Under the pieces are notes generated by a model. That model ran no database searches. It saw nothing but the letters and a program-made list of their open reading frames with translations, and had not been told where the DNA came from. The position numbers and the translations under genes were made by a program. A stretch of DNA of 64,000 nt from Alphaproteobacteria bacterium (GTDB lineage Bacteria; Pseudomonadota; Alphaproteobacteria; UBA828): NCBI GenBank assembly GCA_963422645.2, contig CAXXVO010000012.1:160001-224000 (forward strand), written 5' to 3'. This document shows positions 9,541 through 20,308 of this stretch, piece after piece. Positions within the stretch are counted from its first letter, which is position 1. Every line of letters begins with the position of its first letter.

Positions 9541-10596
9541 ATGCGCCGCACCCTCGTCCCCGCAGGCGGCGGCATCGACAGCACCGCCCTCGCCCTCCTC
9601 GTCCTGCGCGGGACCGAAGACGAGGTCGTCCTCTCCTGCTACCGCGAGCCGGCCCGCGAACTCCCGGAGCGCATCGCCCGCGAGCAGGCCGCAAGCGAGG
9701 CCGTCGCAGACTGGCTCTCCCGCAACGTCCGGCCCGTGCGCCACGTCAGCCGCGACGCCCTGCGCGTGGAGACCGGCCCCCGCGCAAGATGGCCAATTCG
9801 GGACGGGAGAGGATGGGAGGGCGTCTGCGACCCCACATTCGGCCCCTGGGGCATCGACCGATACGCAACCCACGCCGACGAGGCCGAGCGCCACCGCGCC
9901 GACCGGGTGATGCCCGGCATCACCTCGTGGGACACCGCCGACGACATGCACCGCATGTACTGGTATCCCGTCTACCGCGCGCGCACCGCCGTCCCCATGG
10001 AACTCCCCTTCTTCCCCGGCTGGGAGGACGGCGCGCAGTGGCCGCCGTCGCGGGACGACCCCTTCGGACCCGTCGCCGGGCGCTTCATGCTCCAGGCCCT
10101 GCTCCCGCCCGGGCTGGAGGCGCTCACCTGGCGATGCACCGTCGCGGCAGAGCCCTGCGGACGCTGCCCCCGATGCCGCCTCAACGCCTTCTTCGAGCGC
10201 TTCTGCCGGGGACGCCCGGCGGACCAGGTCGCCCGCATCGACGACGCCCTCGAGCGACACCGCGGCGCAGGCCGGTGGTACGCCGACGCCGACCCCGGAA
10301 GATGGACCGGTCACGACGGATACGACGCCGCAGAACGCGCCGTCGAAGACCCCGAATGGTGGAAGGCCGAACTCGAACGCCCGTGCCGCCCCCCGGCGCC
10401 CGCCCCGGTCCCGACCGCGCCTGAAACCCCCACGCACCGCCCGTGCACGGGCCCTGAACCCCCCGCGCAGCGCTCCTTCATGGCCCATGCACAGGCCGGT
10501 TTTTCCAGCCCGGTTCAGCCCCGAAAACCAGCCGATTTTCCAGGCCATTCGCAAAGACTTCCGGCCGCGATTCGCAAAGACTTCCGGCCGGCTACA
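9541..10596 (+). CDS. QueC-like PP-loop ATP pyrophosphatase with C-terminal Cys4 cluster; no stop before the element end
   Basis: N-terminal LVPAGGGIDSTAL (SGGxDS-like) and TWRC-x5-PCGRCPRC; frame reads through the right end into comM. Confidence 0.6.
10547..10590 (-). repeat. right-end transposase-binding repeats (tandem pair)
   Basis: ATTCGCAAAGACTTCCGGCCG at 10547-10567 and 10570-10590; inverted relative to the left-end motif. Confidence 0.85.
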
Positions 10597-11618
10597 GGCA
10601 CGCAACTGCTGGCACCACCGAAGGCGGCGGTGATTGCGCGATCCCCGCACTATCCCGACCTGCGCGACGTCAAGGGGCAGGAAACCGCCAAGCGCGCCCT
10701 CGAGCTTGCCGCCGCCGGCGGCCACAACCTGCTGATGATCGGCCCGCCGGGCACCGGCAAGTCGATGCTGGCATCGCGCCTGCCCGGCATTCTGCCGCCG
10801 CTCGCGCCCGAAGAGGCATTGAGCGTGAGCATGATCGCCTCGGTCGCGGGTCTCCTCGGGAGCAACGGGCTGACCCGCAGCCGGCCCTTCCGCGACCCGC
10901 ACCACTCGGCCTCGATGGCGGCGATGGTGGGCGGCGGTGTCCGCGCCCGCCCCGGGGAGGTCTCGCTTGCCCATCTCGGCGTGCTCTTCCTGGACGAGCT
11001 GCCCGAGTTTCCCCGCCCCGTGCTCGATGCATTGCGCCAGCCGATCGAGAGCGGCGCGGTCGCTGTCGCGCGCGCCAACGCCCACGTGCGCTATCCCGCG
11101 CGCTTCCAGCTCGTCGCTGCGATGAACCCCTGCCGCTGCGGCTACCTGTCGGACCCCGCGCGCGCCTGCACCCGCGCGCCTCGTTGTGCGCAAGACTACC
11201 AGGTGCGCATCTCAGGCCCGCTCTACGACCGCATCGACCTCCACGTGGACGTTCCGGAGCTCTCCGCAGCCGACCTCGCGCTACCCCCGCCTGCCGAAGG
11301 CTCGGCCCAAGTCGCGGCCCGGGTGGCGGCCGCCCGCGCAGCCCAGCGGGCGCGCTTCCACGCCTTGAGCGCGCCGCCCGACGTCCGCACCAATGCGGAG
11401 GCAGAGGGCGAGTTGCTCACCCAAATCGCCACGCCGGACGAGGGCGGACGGGACCTGCTTACCGAAGCGACCGACCGGCTCAGGCTCTCGGCCCGCGGCC
11501 ATCACCGCGTGCTCAAGGTCGCGCGCACGATTGCGGACTTGGGCGGCGCCGAGGTTGTCGCGCGCTGAGCGCGCGCGCCGAAGCGCTCTCCTACCGCCGC
11601 ATCGGCCCCTACGGATAA
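10597..11618 (+). pseudogene. comM: comM 3' fragment (AAA+ domain); premature stop at 11566-11568, last residues in another frame
   Basis: DLRDVKGQ, GPPGTGKS Walker A, PFRDPHHSAS, GVLFLDELPEF, AAMNPCRCG, RISGPLYDRID; AEALSYRR tail out of frame. Confidence 0.93.
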
Positions 11619-11652
11619 CGGGCTCAGCCGGGCGAGACTGCTCCGGCCGCCA

Positions 11653-12015
11653 TCAGGCCTTGGCGATCATGCGCCCGAGGCGGCGGCCGCCGCAGAGGTG
11701 GACGTGGAAGTGCGGCACTTCCTGGCCGCCGTCGATGCCGGTGTTTGCGATGGTGCGGAAGCCGTCCTTCTCGAGCCCCAGCGAGCGGGCGATCTCGCCC
11801 ACCCTCTTGAAAAAGCACCCGACCTCCTCGGCCGAGGCCTTCTGCGTGAAATCGTCGAGCGAGATGTAAGCGCCCTTCGGGATCACCAGCACGTGCACCG
11901 GCGCCTGCGGCGCTATGTCGCGAAAGGCCAGGACGGCGTCGTCCTCGTAGACGGTATCGTTCCGAATCTCGCCGCGCAGAATCTTGGCGAAGATATTGTC
12001 GTTGTCATAGCTCAT
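11653..12015 (-). CDS. hinT: HIT-family nucleotide-binding protein
   Basis: MSYDNDNIFAKILRGEI...PHFHVHL histidine triad. Confidence 0.9.
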   Translation of the reverse strand: MSYDNDNIFAKILRGEIRNDTVYEDDAVLAFRDIAPQAPVHVLVIPKGAYISLDDFTQKASAEEVGCFFKRVGEIARSLGLEKDGFRTIANTGIDGGQEVPHFHVHLCGGRRLGRMIAKA

Positions 12016-12359
12016 CGCTTGTCCCCGGCCTTTTGCTTCCCAGCCTCGCGCGCGAGTCCGGAGACGCCGCGCCTCTTGGAGAGTTCGCCGAACACGTCGG
12101 CCGGCTTGACGCCTGCGGCCGACCACAGGACCAGCAGGTGGAACAGCAGGTCCGCGCTCTCGGAGACGAGACCCTTCTTGTCGCCAAGGGCGCCGGCGAG
12201 CGCCACCTCGACGCCCTCCTCGCCGACCTTCTTCGCGACGTGCTCCCGGCCGCGCGCGAAGGTCCGTGCGACGTAGGAGGTCTCCGGGTCGCCGCCCTTG
12301 CGCTTCTCGATGACGCCGTACAGCTCCTCGATGATGCTGCCGTCCTGCGAGCCTTTCAT
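12012..12359 (-). CDS. hisE: phosphoribosyl-ATP diphosphatase
   Basis: SYVA...KKVGEEGVE...ESADLLFHLLVL. Confidence 0.95.
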   Translation of the reverse strand: MKGSQDGSIIEELYGVIEKRKGGDPETSYVARTFARGREHVAKKVGEEGVEVALAGALGDKKGLVSESADLLFHLLVLWSAAGVKPADVFGELSKRRGVSGLAREAGKQKAGDKR

Positions 12360-12412
12360 GCTGCCGCCCCGTCTTGCTCAGCGCGTCTGCGTATCAGAAT
12401 TCGCATCCGCCG

Positions 12413-13168
12413 TCATGGCCGCACCGGGATGCCGGCGGTGCGCATGTGCGCCTTCGCTTCGCCGATCGAGTGCTCGCCGAAATGGAAGATGGAGGCCGCC
12501 AGTACCGCTGTTGCGTGGCCGTCGCGGATGCCCTCCACCAAATGATCCAGCGTGCCGACGCCGCCGGAGGCGATGACCGGGATGGTGACCGCGTCCGCCA
12601 CGGTCCGTGTCAGCTCGATATCGAAGCCCACGCGGGTGCCGTCGCGATCCATGGAGGTCAGCAGGATTTCCCCGGCCCCGGCGTCCGCCATGCGCCGGGC
12701 CCAGGCGATGGCGTCGATCCCCGTCGGCTTGCGCCCACCATGGGTGAAAATTTGGAAACCGCCCGCGACCCGCTTGGCGTCGATGGCGACGACGATGCAC
12801 TGGGTGCCGAACTTCTCCGCCGCCTCGGCGACGAAGGCGGGGTTGTGAACGGCGGCGGTGTTGATCGAGACCTTGTCGGCGCCCGCCAGCAGCAGCGCGC
12901 GGACATCCTCGATGGCGCGCACCCCGCCGCCCACGGTGAGCGGCATGAAGCAGACTTCGGCGGTACCGGCGACGACGTCGTAGATGGTGTCGCGCTGCTC
13001 GTGGGAGGCGGTGATATCCAGGAAGCAAAGCTCGTCCGCTCCCTGCTCGTCATAGACCCTGGCCTGCTCTACCGGGTCTCCGGCATCCACCAGATCGACG
13101 AAGTTCACGCCCTTGACCACGCGCCCGGCGTGAACATCGAGGCACGGGATGACGCGCATCTTCAGCAT
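12413..13168 (-). CDS. hisF: imidazole glycerol phosphate synthase cyclase subunit
   Basis: RVIPCLDV...[30 protein letters not shown]. Confidence 0.97.
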   Translation of the reverse strand: MLKMRVIPCLDVHAGRVVKGVNFVDLVDAGDPVEQARVYDEQGADELCFLDITASHEQRDTIYDVVAGTAEVCFMPLTVGGGVRAIEDVRALLLAGADKVSINTAAVHNPAFVAEAAEKFGTQCIVVAIDAKRVAGGFQIFTHGGRKPTGIDAIAWARRMADAGAGEILLTSMDRDGTRVGFDIELTRTVADAVTIPVIASGGVGTLDHLVEGIRDGHATAVLAASIFHFGEHSIGEAKAHMRTAGIPVRP

Positions 13169-13192
13169 GGCGCGGAACCGGGAGCAGCGCGT

Positions 13193-13918
13193 TCAGGCGG
13201 CGAGCAGCGCCAGCGCCAGCGCCGGGTCGATGCGGCCGTCATAGAGAGCGCGGCCGCAGATCACACCGCAGACACCGTCCGCCTCGTATGGCTTGAGCGC
13301 TTCGAGGTCGGCGTGGGAGGCGACGCCGCCGGACGCGATGACCGGTGTTTCCAGCACCCGCGCCAGCGCTCCGGTCGACGCCGCGGCGACGCCCTCCAGC
13401 GCCCCGTCGCGCGCGATGTCGGTATGGATGATCGCGGCGGCGCCGGCGTCTTCAAAGCGTCGCGCCAGCTCCAGCGCCTCCATGTCCACCGTCTCGGCCC
13501 AGCCTTCCACCGCAACCCGCCCGTCGCGGGCGTCGATGCCGACCGCGACCCGGCCGGGGAAGGCCCGGCAGGCATCGCGCACCAGGTCAGGATCGCGGAC
13601 CGCCACTGTGCCGAGGATCACCCGGCGCACGCCGCGCGCGAGCCACGCCTCGATCGTCGTCATGTCTCTGATGCCGCCGCCCAGTTGCACAGGTAGATCG
13701 ACCGTTTCGAGGATCGCCCCGACCGCGTCATCGTTGACTGGCTTGCCGGCGAAGGCGCCGTCGAGATCGACGATGTGAAGCCAGGCGAAGCCGGCGGAAG
13801 CGAAGGCCCGTGCCTGCGCCGGGGGGTCGTCGGAGAAGACCGTGGCCCGCGCCATGTCACCCTGCACGAGCCTGACGCAAGCGCCTCCCTTGAGGTCGAT
13901 CGCAGGGAAAAGGATCAC
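13193..13918 (-). CDS. hisA: ProFAR isomerase
   Basis: [37 protein letters not shown]. Confidence 0.97.
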   Translation of the reverse strand: MILFPAIDLKGGACVRLVQGDMARATVFSDDPPAQARAFASAGFAWLHIVDLDGAFAGKPVNDDAVGAILETVDLPVQLGGGIRDMTTIEAWLARGVRRVILGTVAVRDPDLVRDACRAFPGRVAVGIDARDGRVAVEGWAETVDMEALELARRFEDAGAAAIIHTDIARDGALEGVAAASTGALARVLETPVIASGGVASHADLEALKPYEADGVCGVICGRALYDGRIDPALALALLAA

Positions 13919-14487
13919 GGCGCCGGGTCCGGCGGCCGGTCCGTCCGATTGGTCAGGTCCTTGCAGTAGTAGTGGCCGGCGATCGACTGGCCGTCCACGA
14001 ACGCATATTTCGGATGCGTGCCCCAGCGCTTGAAACCGAGCGACTCATAGAGCGCGATCGCAGCCTCCTGGGTTTCGCGCACGCTCAGGTTCATCACCTT
14101 GTAGCCGCGCGCCACCGCTTCGACCTCGGCCACCTCCAGCAGCCTCCGGGCCAGGCCGTGCCCGCGCGCCCAAGGAGCCACGAAGTGGGTATCGATGAGG
14201 CAGGAGAGGCGCCAGGCCTCCTTCTGCGGCGGCGCCGACACGAGCTGGACCGACCCGGCCACCACGCCGTCCATGCGGCCGATGAAGAGCAGCCGCTCCG
14301 GCACGACGGTCACGCCCCGCCAGTAGCGCTCGAAGGAAGCAGGCTGGGGCGGGCGCACCCAGCCGAAACCGGCGCCGTCGTTGATCGCGGCGGAAGCGGC
14401 CTCACAGAGCTCGGCGAGCTCGCGTTTGCGCAGCCGCTCGACCGTGCCGACCTCGATCCGGGGACCCACTGTCGCGAGTTGGCTCAT
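13915..14487 (-). CDS. GNAT N-acetyltransferase
   Basis: [16 protein letters not shown] acetyl-CoA motif, [10 protein letters not shown]. Confidence 0.88.
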   Translation of the reverse strand: MSQLATVGPRIEVGTVERLRKRELAELCEAASAAINDGAGFGWVRPPQPASFERYWRGVTVVPERLLFIGRMDGVVAGSVQLVSAPPQKEAWRLSCLIDTHFVAPWARGHGLARRLLEVAEVEAVARGYKVMNLSVRETQEAAIALYESLGFKRWGTHPKYAFVDGQSIAGHYYCKDLTNRTDRPPDPAP

Positions 14488-15128
14488 GGCTGCCACCGAA
14501 GAAAGTTGCCGATCACGGTCAGGCCCACCTCTTGGCTCTTCTCGGGATGAAACTGCGTGCCGACCATGTTGTCACGGCCCGCAACCGCCGTGACCGGGCC
14601 GCCATAGTCCACTCTCGCGAAGACCTCGTCGGGCTTGCGGCACGTGAGTCCGTAGCTGTGGACGAAATAGGCGTGGGCATCGTCGGGCAAGCCTTGCAGG
14701 ACCGGATGCGCCTCGCCTTCCAGGGCGAGATCGTTCCAGCCCATGTGGGGGACCTTCAGCGCCTCGTCGTCGGGCTCGAGCGGCGCCACCTCGCCGTCGA
14801 TCCAGCCGAGCCCTTCGTGCTCGCCGTGCTCGTGGCCCACGCGCGCCATGAGCTGCATGCCGACGCAAATGCCGAGAAAGGGCACGCCCCGGCGCAGCAC
14901 CGCGTCTTCCAGCGCCTCGATCATGCCTTCGCGGGCGGCGAGCCCGGCCTTGCAGTCGGCAAAGGCGCCAACGCCGGGCAGGACGATCCGCTCCGCCTGC
15001 CGCACCGTCTCGGGATCGTCGGTCACCAGCACCGACTCCGTCGGGGTCGCGTCGGCTGCGGCACGCTCGAAGGCCTTGGCGGCGGAGCGCAGATTGCCCG
15101 AACCATAGTCGATGATCGCGGTGGTCAC
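14484..15128 (-). CDS. hisH: IGP synthase glutamine amidotransferase subunit
   Basis: [29 protein letters not shown]. Confidence 0.97.
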   Translation of the reverse strand: MTTAIIDYGSGNLRSAAKAFERAAADATPTESVLVTDDPETVRQAERIVLPGVGAFADCKAGLAAREGMIEALEDAVLRRGVPFLGICVGMQLMARVGHEHGEHEGLGWIDGEVAPLEPDDEALKVPHMGWNDLALEGEAHPVLQGLPDDAHAYFVHSYGLTCRKPDEVFARVDYGGPVTAVAGRDNMVGTQFHPEKSQEVGLTVIGNFLRWQP

Positions 15129-15134
15129 GGCGCG

Positions 15135-15602
15135 TCAGCTCCAGAAGCCGGGGTTCGGATCGAGATCGCGCGGCCGGGGCGACGGTGCCGCGGCGCCGAA
15201 TGCCGGTCGTGGCATCGACGCCTGCGCCATGGCCTCGGCGTAGCGGATGAGCGCCTGCGCGCGGCTCGGCGCCGCCACCACCTCGGCCAGGCGGTAGCCG
15301 CGGGCGGCAAGCCCGGCCCGGCGCAGGTCGTTCGCCGACATGCCGGCCAATACGGCATAGCCGAAGCCGAGCACCACCGGCAGAACCGGCCCGAGACCCA
15401 GCACCAGCGGCACCGCAACGATCGCGGCCAGCGCGGCAATCAGCAGCAGCGCCGCGAGCCACAGTCCCTCCGCGAGCGCCCAGAAGGGTGCGAAGAAGAA
15501 CGCGAGCCAGTTGAACCCTTCGCGCACGAACACGGCGCGGCCCAGCGCGCCGTCGTCCCCGCCGCCTTCGCCGGCCGGTATGTGGATCGTGTAGAAGCGC
15601 AC
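15135..15602 (-). CDS. DUF2628-like membrane protein
   Basis: MRFYTIH...FVREGFNWLAFFFAPFW, hydrophobic core; usual hisB-hisH position. Confidence 0.75.
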   Translation of the reverse strand: MRFYTIHIPAGEGGGDDGALGRAVFVREGFNWLAFFFAPFWALAEGLWLAALLLIAALAAIVAVPLVLGLGPVLPVVLGFGYAVLAGMSANDLRRAGLAARGYRLAEVVAAPSRAQALIRYAEAMAQASMPRPAFGAAAPSPRPRDLDPNPGFWS

Positions 15603-15603
15603 C

Positions 15604-16221
15604 CTAAGCCTCCAAGCTGCCGCCGAGCACGCCTTTGGTCGACGGCACCTCGCCGGCCATGCGCGGGTCGGGCTCGATCGCCTGGCGCAGCGCCCGCGCA
15701 AGGCCCTTGTAGCAGGCCTCGATCATGTGATGACTGTTCTCGCCGTACATGACCTCGATGTGGAGCGTGAGCCCCGCCGCCTGCGCGAAGGCCTGGAACC
15801 ACTCCTTGAAGTGCTCGGTATCCATGCCGTCGAGGCGCGGCTTCTCGAAGGTGACGCGCCAGATCAGGTAGGGCCGGTTGCTCGCATCGAGGGAGACGCG
15901 CGCGCACGCCTCGTCCATCGGGATCACCGCGCTGCCGTAGCGCCGGATGCCGCGCCGCTCGCCCAGCGCCTTGCTGACCGCCTCACCGATGGCGAGCCCC
16001 GTGTCCTCGACGGTGTGGTGCAGCGTCACGTCGATATCGCCCTTCGCGTCGCACTCGATATCGATCAGGCTGTGGCGCGAGAGCTGCTCCAGCATGTGAT
16101 CGAAGAAGCCGATCCCGGTGGCGATCTGCGAGCGGCCGCGCCCGTCGAGATCGACGGCGACGGTAATGCTCGTCTCCTTGGTAACCCGCTCGACGCGGGC
16201 CGTGCGCGTGTGCTGGCTCAT
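15604..16221 (-). CDS. hisB: imidazoleglycerol-phosphate dehydratase
   Basis: RVTKET, FFDHML, HHTVED, NSHHMIE, PSTKG. Confidence 0.97.
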   Translation of the reverse strand: MSQHTRTARVERVTKETSITVAVDLDGRGRSQIATGIGFFDHMLEQLSRHSLIDIECDAKGDIDVTLHHTVEDTGLAIGEAVSKALGERRGIRRYGSAVIPMDEACARVSLDASNRPYLIWRVTFEKPRLDGMDTEHFKEWFQAFAQAAGLTLHIEVMYGENSHHMIEACYKGLARALRQAIEPDPRMAGEVPSTKGVLGGSLEA

Positions 16222-16372
16222 GCCGCAGACCGATGATCCGGGGAGAACGGCGCCTTGTAGCAAGAACCACCGCCGGCTGCCAGCCTCGACCGGCCGCGCC
16301 CCTTCGCACTTCCCGCCGGCGCCGGACCGGGGCATGATGGCGCGAGACGAGCGCTGACCAGGAGACCGCGTC

Positions 16373-17170
16373 ATGGCCGGAACCTTCGACATCAACATCG
16401 ATTGCGGCGAGAGCTTCGGCAACTGGGTCATGGGGGCGGACGAGGCGCTCATGCCCCACGTCACCACCGCCAACGTCGCCTGCGGCTTCCATGCCGGCGA
16501 CCCCATGACCATGATGCAGACCGTCGCGCTCGCCAAGGAGAACGGCGTGGCCGTGGGCTCCCATCCGGGCCTGCCGGACCTCATGGGCTTTGGCCGCCGG
16601 GTGATGGCGATCACGCCGGACGAGCTCTACGCCTACGTGATCTACCAGACCGGCGCGCTGCGGGCGGCACTGGAGGCCAAGGGCATGGCGCTCCACCACG
16701 TCAAGCCCCACGGCGCCCTCTATCGCATGCTCAACGACGACGAGGCGCTGGGCGAGGCCTTCGCCCGCGCGGTGATCGATCTCTGCCCCGAGCCGATGAT
16801 CTATTACCCGGCGCCGGTGGAGCGTCACGCGGTCACCAGGATCGCGGCCGACATGGGCATCGACGTGGTGGGCGAGCTTTATTTCGACCTGCCCTACGAC
16901 GATGACGGCACGCTGGTGCTCAAGCGCTCCAACGAGGGCGCGGACCTCGACGAGACCCGCCACAAGCTCGGCCTCTTTCTGGAGACCGGCGCGACCCTCA
17001 GCATCAACGGTGCGCGCGTGCCGATCGCGGCGCGCAGCATCTGCCTCCACGGCGACGGGCCGAACGCGGTCGATCTCGCCACCACCATCGGCGCGACCCT
17101 CTCGGAGCACGGCTATGCGCTGGAGCCGCTCGAGCCGGCGCCGACCATCCAGCACCAGGCCGCCGAGTAA
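16373..17170 (+). CDS. pxpA: LamB/YcsF family 5-oxoprolinase subunit A
   Basis: [38 protein letters not shown]. Confidence 0.9.
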   Translation: MAGTFDINIDCGESFGNWVMGADEALMPHVTTANVACGFHAGDPMTMMQTVALAKENGVAVGSHPGLPDLMGFGRRVMAITPDELYAYVIYQTGALRAALEAKGMALHHVKPHGALYRMLNDDEALGEAFARAVIDLCPEPMIYYPAPVERHAVTRIAADMGIDVVGELYFDLPYDDDGTLVLKRSNEGADLDETRHKLGLFLETGATLSINGARVPIAARSICLHGDGPNAVDLATTIGATLSEHGYALEPLEPAPTIQHQAAE

Positions 17171-17399
17171 GGGACTGGAAACGCAGCGCCGGTTGAGGCA
17201 TGTTCCGGGCTCGCGACCCTGAAGAGTCGCGGCAGGCAGACCAGAGGAGTAGTCGTCGATGAGCGACGATCACGGCCCTTCGCTCGAGGAACTGACGCGG
17301 GCACGAATCCCTTACGTGGCGGGGCTTGCCCTCGCCGTCCTCATCATCGGCGTCCTCGCCGGGCTCTCGGCCGGCGGCATCGTTCCCTAAGGAGCCTGC

Positions 17400-18350
17400 T
17401 CAGGCGCTGGCCGGGGCAGCGGGCAGCATCCCCTCCTCGCGCATCCAGCGGCAGAGATCCTCGAACATGGTGCGGAGCGGCACCGGCCTGAAGCCGAGCT
17501 CCCGCATCGCCTTGTCGCACAGCATTATCTGGTTCTGGTTCGTGACGAAGTGGATCTCGTCGCTGACGTCGGGATTGCGCTCGCTCGTCGCCCGCGGCGC
17601 TTCCACGCCGACGATCTCGGCCGCGATCCCGGCTGCGGTGGCGAACTTCTCGTTGGCGCCGGCGAGGATATAGCGCTCCCCTCTCCTCCCCCGCTCGTAG
17701 GCGCTGATATGCGCCTTCGCGGTTTCGTCGATATGGCAGAAAGCGCCGCCCCCGGCGCCCACCGTCGTCATGGCGCCGCTCGCGATCGCCTGGACGAAGG
17801 GGCCCCAGATCACCCGATCGTAGGGGCCGACCACGTTGCCGGGGTTGACGCAGACAGCATCGAGGCCGCCGGCTGCGGCTTCCAGAACGATGTCTTCGGC
17901 CGCCTTCTTGGAACTGCAGTAGTTGACCCCGATCTCGTCGGCGTTTGAGGGCGCGGTCTCGTCGATGGGCATGCCGTGGTGAAGACCCCATGTCGCACCC
18001 GTCGACGTGTGAATGAAGCGCCCGACGTTCCTGGCCTTCGCCGCCTCGACGACGGCGCGGGTGCCCGCCACGTTGGCGTGGGTCTGGGCCTCGTCACCGG
18101 CGGAATCGAAGCTCACGTTGCCAGCCACGTGGAACAGGGCATCCACGCCTTCGGGAATGGCACCGGCCAGAAAGTCCCGATCCCCGATGTCGCCCACCAC
18201 CCGAGTGGCCGGAAACTGCCGCAGATAGGTGAGGTCCGAGGTCTCGCGGTGCATCGCGATCACCGACCAGCCGGCTTCCCCCAGCTGCTTCACCAGGTTG
18301 ACGCCGATAAAGCCCGATGCGCCGGTGACGAACGCGGTCTTTCCAGTCAT
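17400..18350 (-). CDS. NAD-dependent epimerase/dehydratase (extended SDR)
   Basis: VTGASGFIG, YCSSK. Confidence 0.88.
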   Translation of the reverse strand: MTGKTAFVTGASGFIGVNLVKQLGEAGWSVIAMHRETSDLTYLRQFPATRVVGDIGDRDFLAGAIPEGVDALFHVAGNVSFDSAGDEAQTHANVAGTRAVVEAAKARNVGRFIHTSTGATWGLHHGMPIDETAPSNADEIGVNYCSSKKAAEDIVLEAAAGGLDAVCVNPGNVVGPYDRVIWGPFVQAIASGAMTTVGAGGGAFCHIDETAKAHISAYERGRRGERYILAGANEKFATAAGIAAEIVGVEAPRATSERNPDVSDEIHFVTNQNQIMLCDKAMRELGFRPVPLRTMFEDLCRWMREEGMLPAAPASA

Positions 18351-18375
18351 GCCTCTTTCCCCGATTACATGCGGC

Positions 18376-19884
18376 CTAGCGCCAGATCGGCTTGCCCGAG
18401 CCCGGCAGGCCGTAAGAGTCCCACTTGCCCGTCACCCGCTCCACGATCTCGTCCGCCATCTGGATGCGCGTGCCCCAGGCCCGGCTGGTCTCGGGCCCGA
18501 ATTTGGTCGTCGCATCGAGGCCAATCTTGGCGCCGAGCCCCGGCTCCGGGCTCGCGAAGTCGAGATAGTCGATCGGCGTGTTCTCGACGATGGTGATGTC
18601 GCGCGCCGGGTCCATGCGGGTGGAGACCGCCCACATCACGTCCTTCCAGTCGCGCGCGTCGATGTCGTCGTCCACCACGATCACCCATTTCGTATACATG
18701 AACTGCCGCAGATAGGACCAGACGGCCATCATCACCCGCTTGGCGTGGCCCGCGTACGCCTTCTTGATGGAGACCACGGCGATCCGGTAGCTACAGCCCT
18801 CCGGCGGCAGCCAGAAGTCCACGATCTCCGGGAACTGCTGGACCAGCAGCGGGATGAAGACCTCGTTCAGCGCCTCGCCCAGGATGCTCGGCTCGTCCGG
18901 CGGGCGCCCGGTATAGGTCGAGAGATAGATCGGGTCGCGCCGCATGGTGATGGCGGAAACCGTGAACACGGGGAAGGGCTCGACCGCGTTGTAGTAGCCG
19001 GTATGATCGCCGTAAGGCCCTTCGTCCTCATAGTCGTCGAGGCTGACATGCCCCTCGATGACGATCTCGGCTTCGGCCGGCACCTCGAGCGGCACCGTCT
19101 TGGCCCGCACGAGCTCGACCTTCTGGCCGCGCAGGAGGCCCGCGAACTGATACTCCGAAAGCGTATCCGGCACCGGCGTCACCGCCGCGAGGATCGTGCC
19201 GGGATCGGCGCCGATCACCGCCGCAGCCGGCAGCGGCTCGTGCTTCTCCGCCGCCCAGCGCCGATGCTGCTGGGCGCCACCCCGGTGCGCGAGCCAGCGC
19301 ATCAGCGTCGTGTCGCGGCCCGTCACCTGCATCCGGTAGATGCCGAGGTTGTAGTTATCAATGCGGGACCGGCTCGGCCCCCTGGTCACCACCAGCGGCC
19401 AGGTGATCAGCGGCGCCGGCTCCCCCGGCCAGCAGGTCTGGATCGGGAGGCGGGCGAGATCGATGTCGTCGCCCGTGAGCACCACCTCCTGCACCGGCCC
19501 GTCGCCGAAGGTACGCGGCTTCATCGCCCGCACAGTGTTGAGCAGCGGCAGCATCTCGACAGCCTCGCGCCAGCCGCTGGGCGGCTCCGGCTGGCGCAGG
19601 AAGGCCAACGTCTCGCCCACCTCACGCAGCCCGCCGGGCTCCCGGTTCATGCCCCAGGCGACGCGCTCCACGGTGCCGAAGAGGTTGACCAGCACCGGCA
19701 TGTCGTAGCGCCTGCCGTCATCGCCGACGACGTTCTCGAAGAGCACCGCCGGCCCCTCTTCCGCGATCAGGCGGGTCTGGATCTCGGTCATCTCCAGATG
19801 GGGCGAGACCGGCGCCGAGACCCGGCTCAGGCGGCCCGCGCTCTCCAGGCGGGCGATGAATTCGCGCAGCGATCGATAGGCCAT
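18376..19884 (-). CDS. ubiD: UbiD-family decarboxylase
   Basis: [35 protein letters not shown]. Confidence 0.95.
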   Translation of the reverse strand: MAYRSLREFIARLESAGRLSRVSAPVSPHLEMTEIQTRLIAEEGPAVLFENVVGDDGRRYDMPVLVNLFGTVERVAWGMNREPGGLREVGETLAFLRQPEPPSGWREAVEMLPLLNTVRAMKPRTFGDGPVQEVVLTGDDIDLARLPIQTCWPGEPAPLITWPLVVTRGPSRSRIDNYNLGIYRMQVTGRDTTLMRWLAHRGGAQQHRRWAAEKHEPLPAAAVIGADPGTILAAVTPVPDTLSEYQFAGLLRGQKVELVRAKTVPLEVPAEAEIVIEGHVSLDDYEDEGPYGDHTGYYNAVEPFPVFTVSAITMRRDPIYLSTYTGRPPDEPSILGEALNEVFIPLLVQQFPEIVDFWLPPEGCSYRIAVVSIKKAYAGHAKRVMMAVWSYLRQFMYTKWVIVVDDDIDARDWKDVMWAVSTRMDPARDITIVENTPIDYLDFASPEPGLGAKIGLDATTKFGPETSRAWGTRIQMADEIVERVTGKWDSYGLPGSGKPIWR

Positions 19885-20014
19885 GGGCACCTCGGCGGGA
19901 GGGCCACATTCATGGGCAGACGCCGGCGCCCGTCAAGCCCGCGCAACGCCGCTCCGCTCGCGTCGCCGCCGATCCGCCGGTCCCCCGCAACGCCCGAAGC
20001 GAAAGCAAAAATTG

Positions 20015-20042
20015 GTGAGATTAAGTGAGATTCGGTGAGATT
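20015..20042 (+). repeat. three GTGAGATT direct repeats with 10-bp period
   Basis: GTGAGATT at 20015, 20025 and 20035. Confidence 0.85.
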
Positions 20043-20308
20043 AGAGCGTGTCCGTCTTTGACGGACGCGCGACAGGCCGCGACCGCGGCCCGCCGCTTCA
20101 GCGGCGCCCTCGCGCGCCCGCGCGCGTGGACGCGCGACGCGGAGGCGCCGGCCCGGCGCGCCGGTAGGTGCGCGAGATCGCAGGACGGCCGGCTGCCGTG
20201 AGCGATACAATGCGAGATCGTTTCCGTGTGAAACGGATACGCTCTGAGTCTGCTTTCGGAACGCAGGCAGCCGTCCGGGGCGCCGCCGCCGACCACGAGG
20301 CGACGCGC

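Larger units (their letters stand above)
2347..10596. mobile_element. defective/mini Mu-like transposable prophage inserted in comM
   Basis: Ends TGTAG...CTACA; 5-bp target duplication GGCAC (2342-2346, 10597-10601); repeated terminal motifs; Mu-like packaging genes; removal restores ComM FKG-TQLL. Confidence 0.9.

Noticed and set aside
2347-10596. Tn7/Tn6022-like or CRISPR-associated transposon in comM
   Set aside because: End structure is compatible, but no tns, tniQ or cas genes are present; the cargo is Mu-like packaging genes
13915-15602. GNAT and DUF2628 genes inside the his cluster
   Set aside because: Familiar arrangement in alphaproteobacterial his clusters
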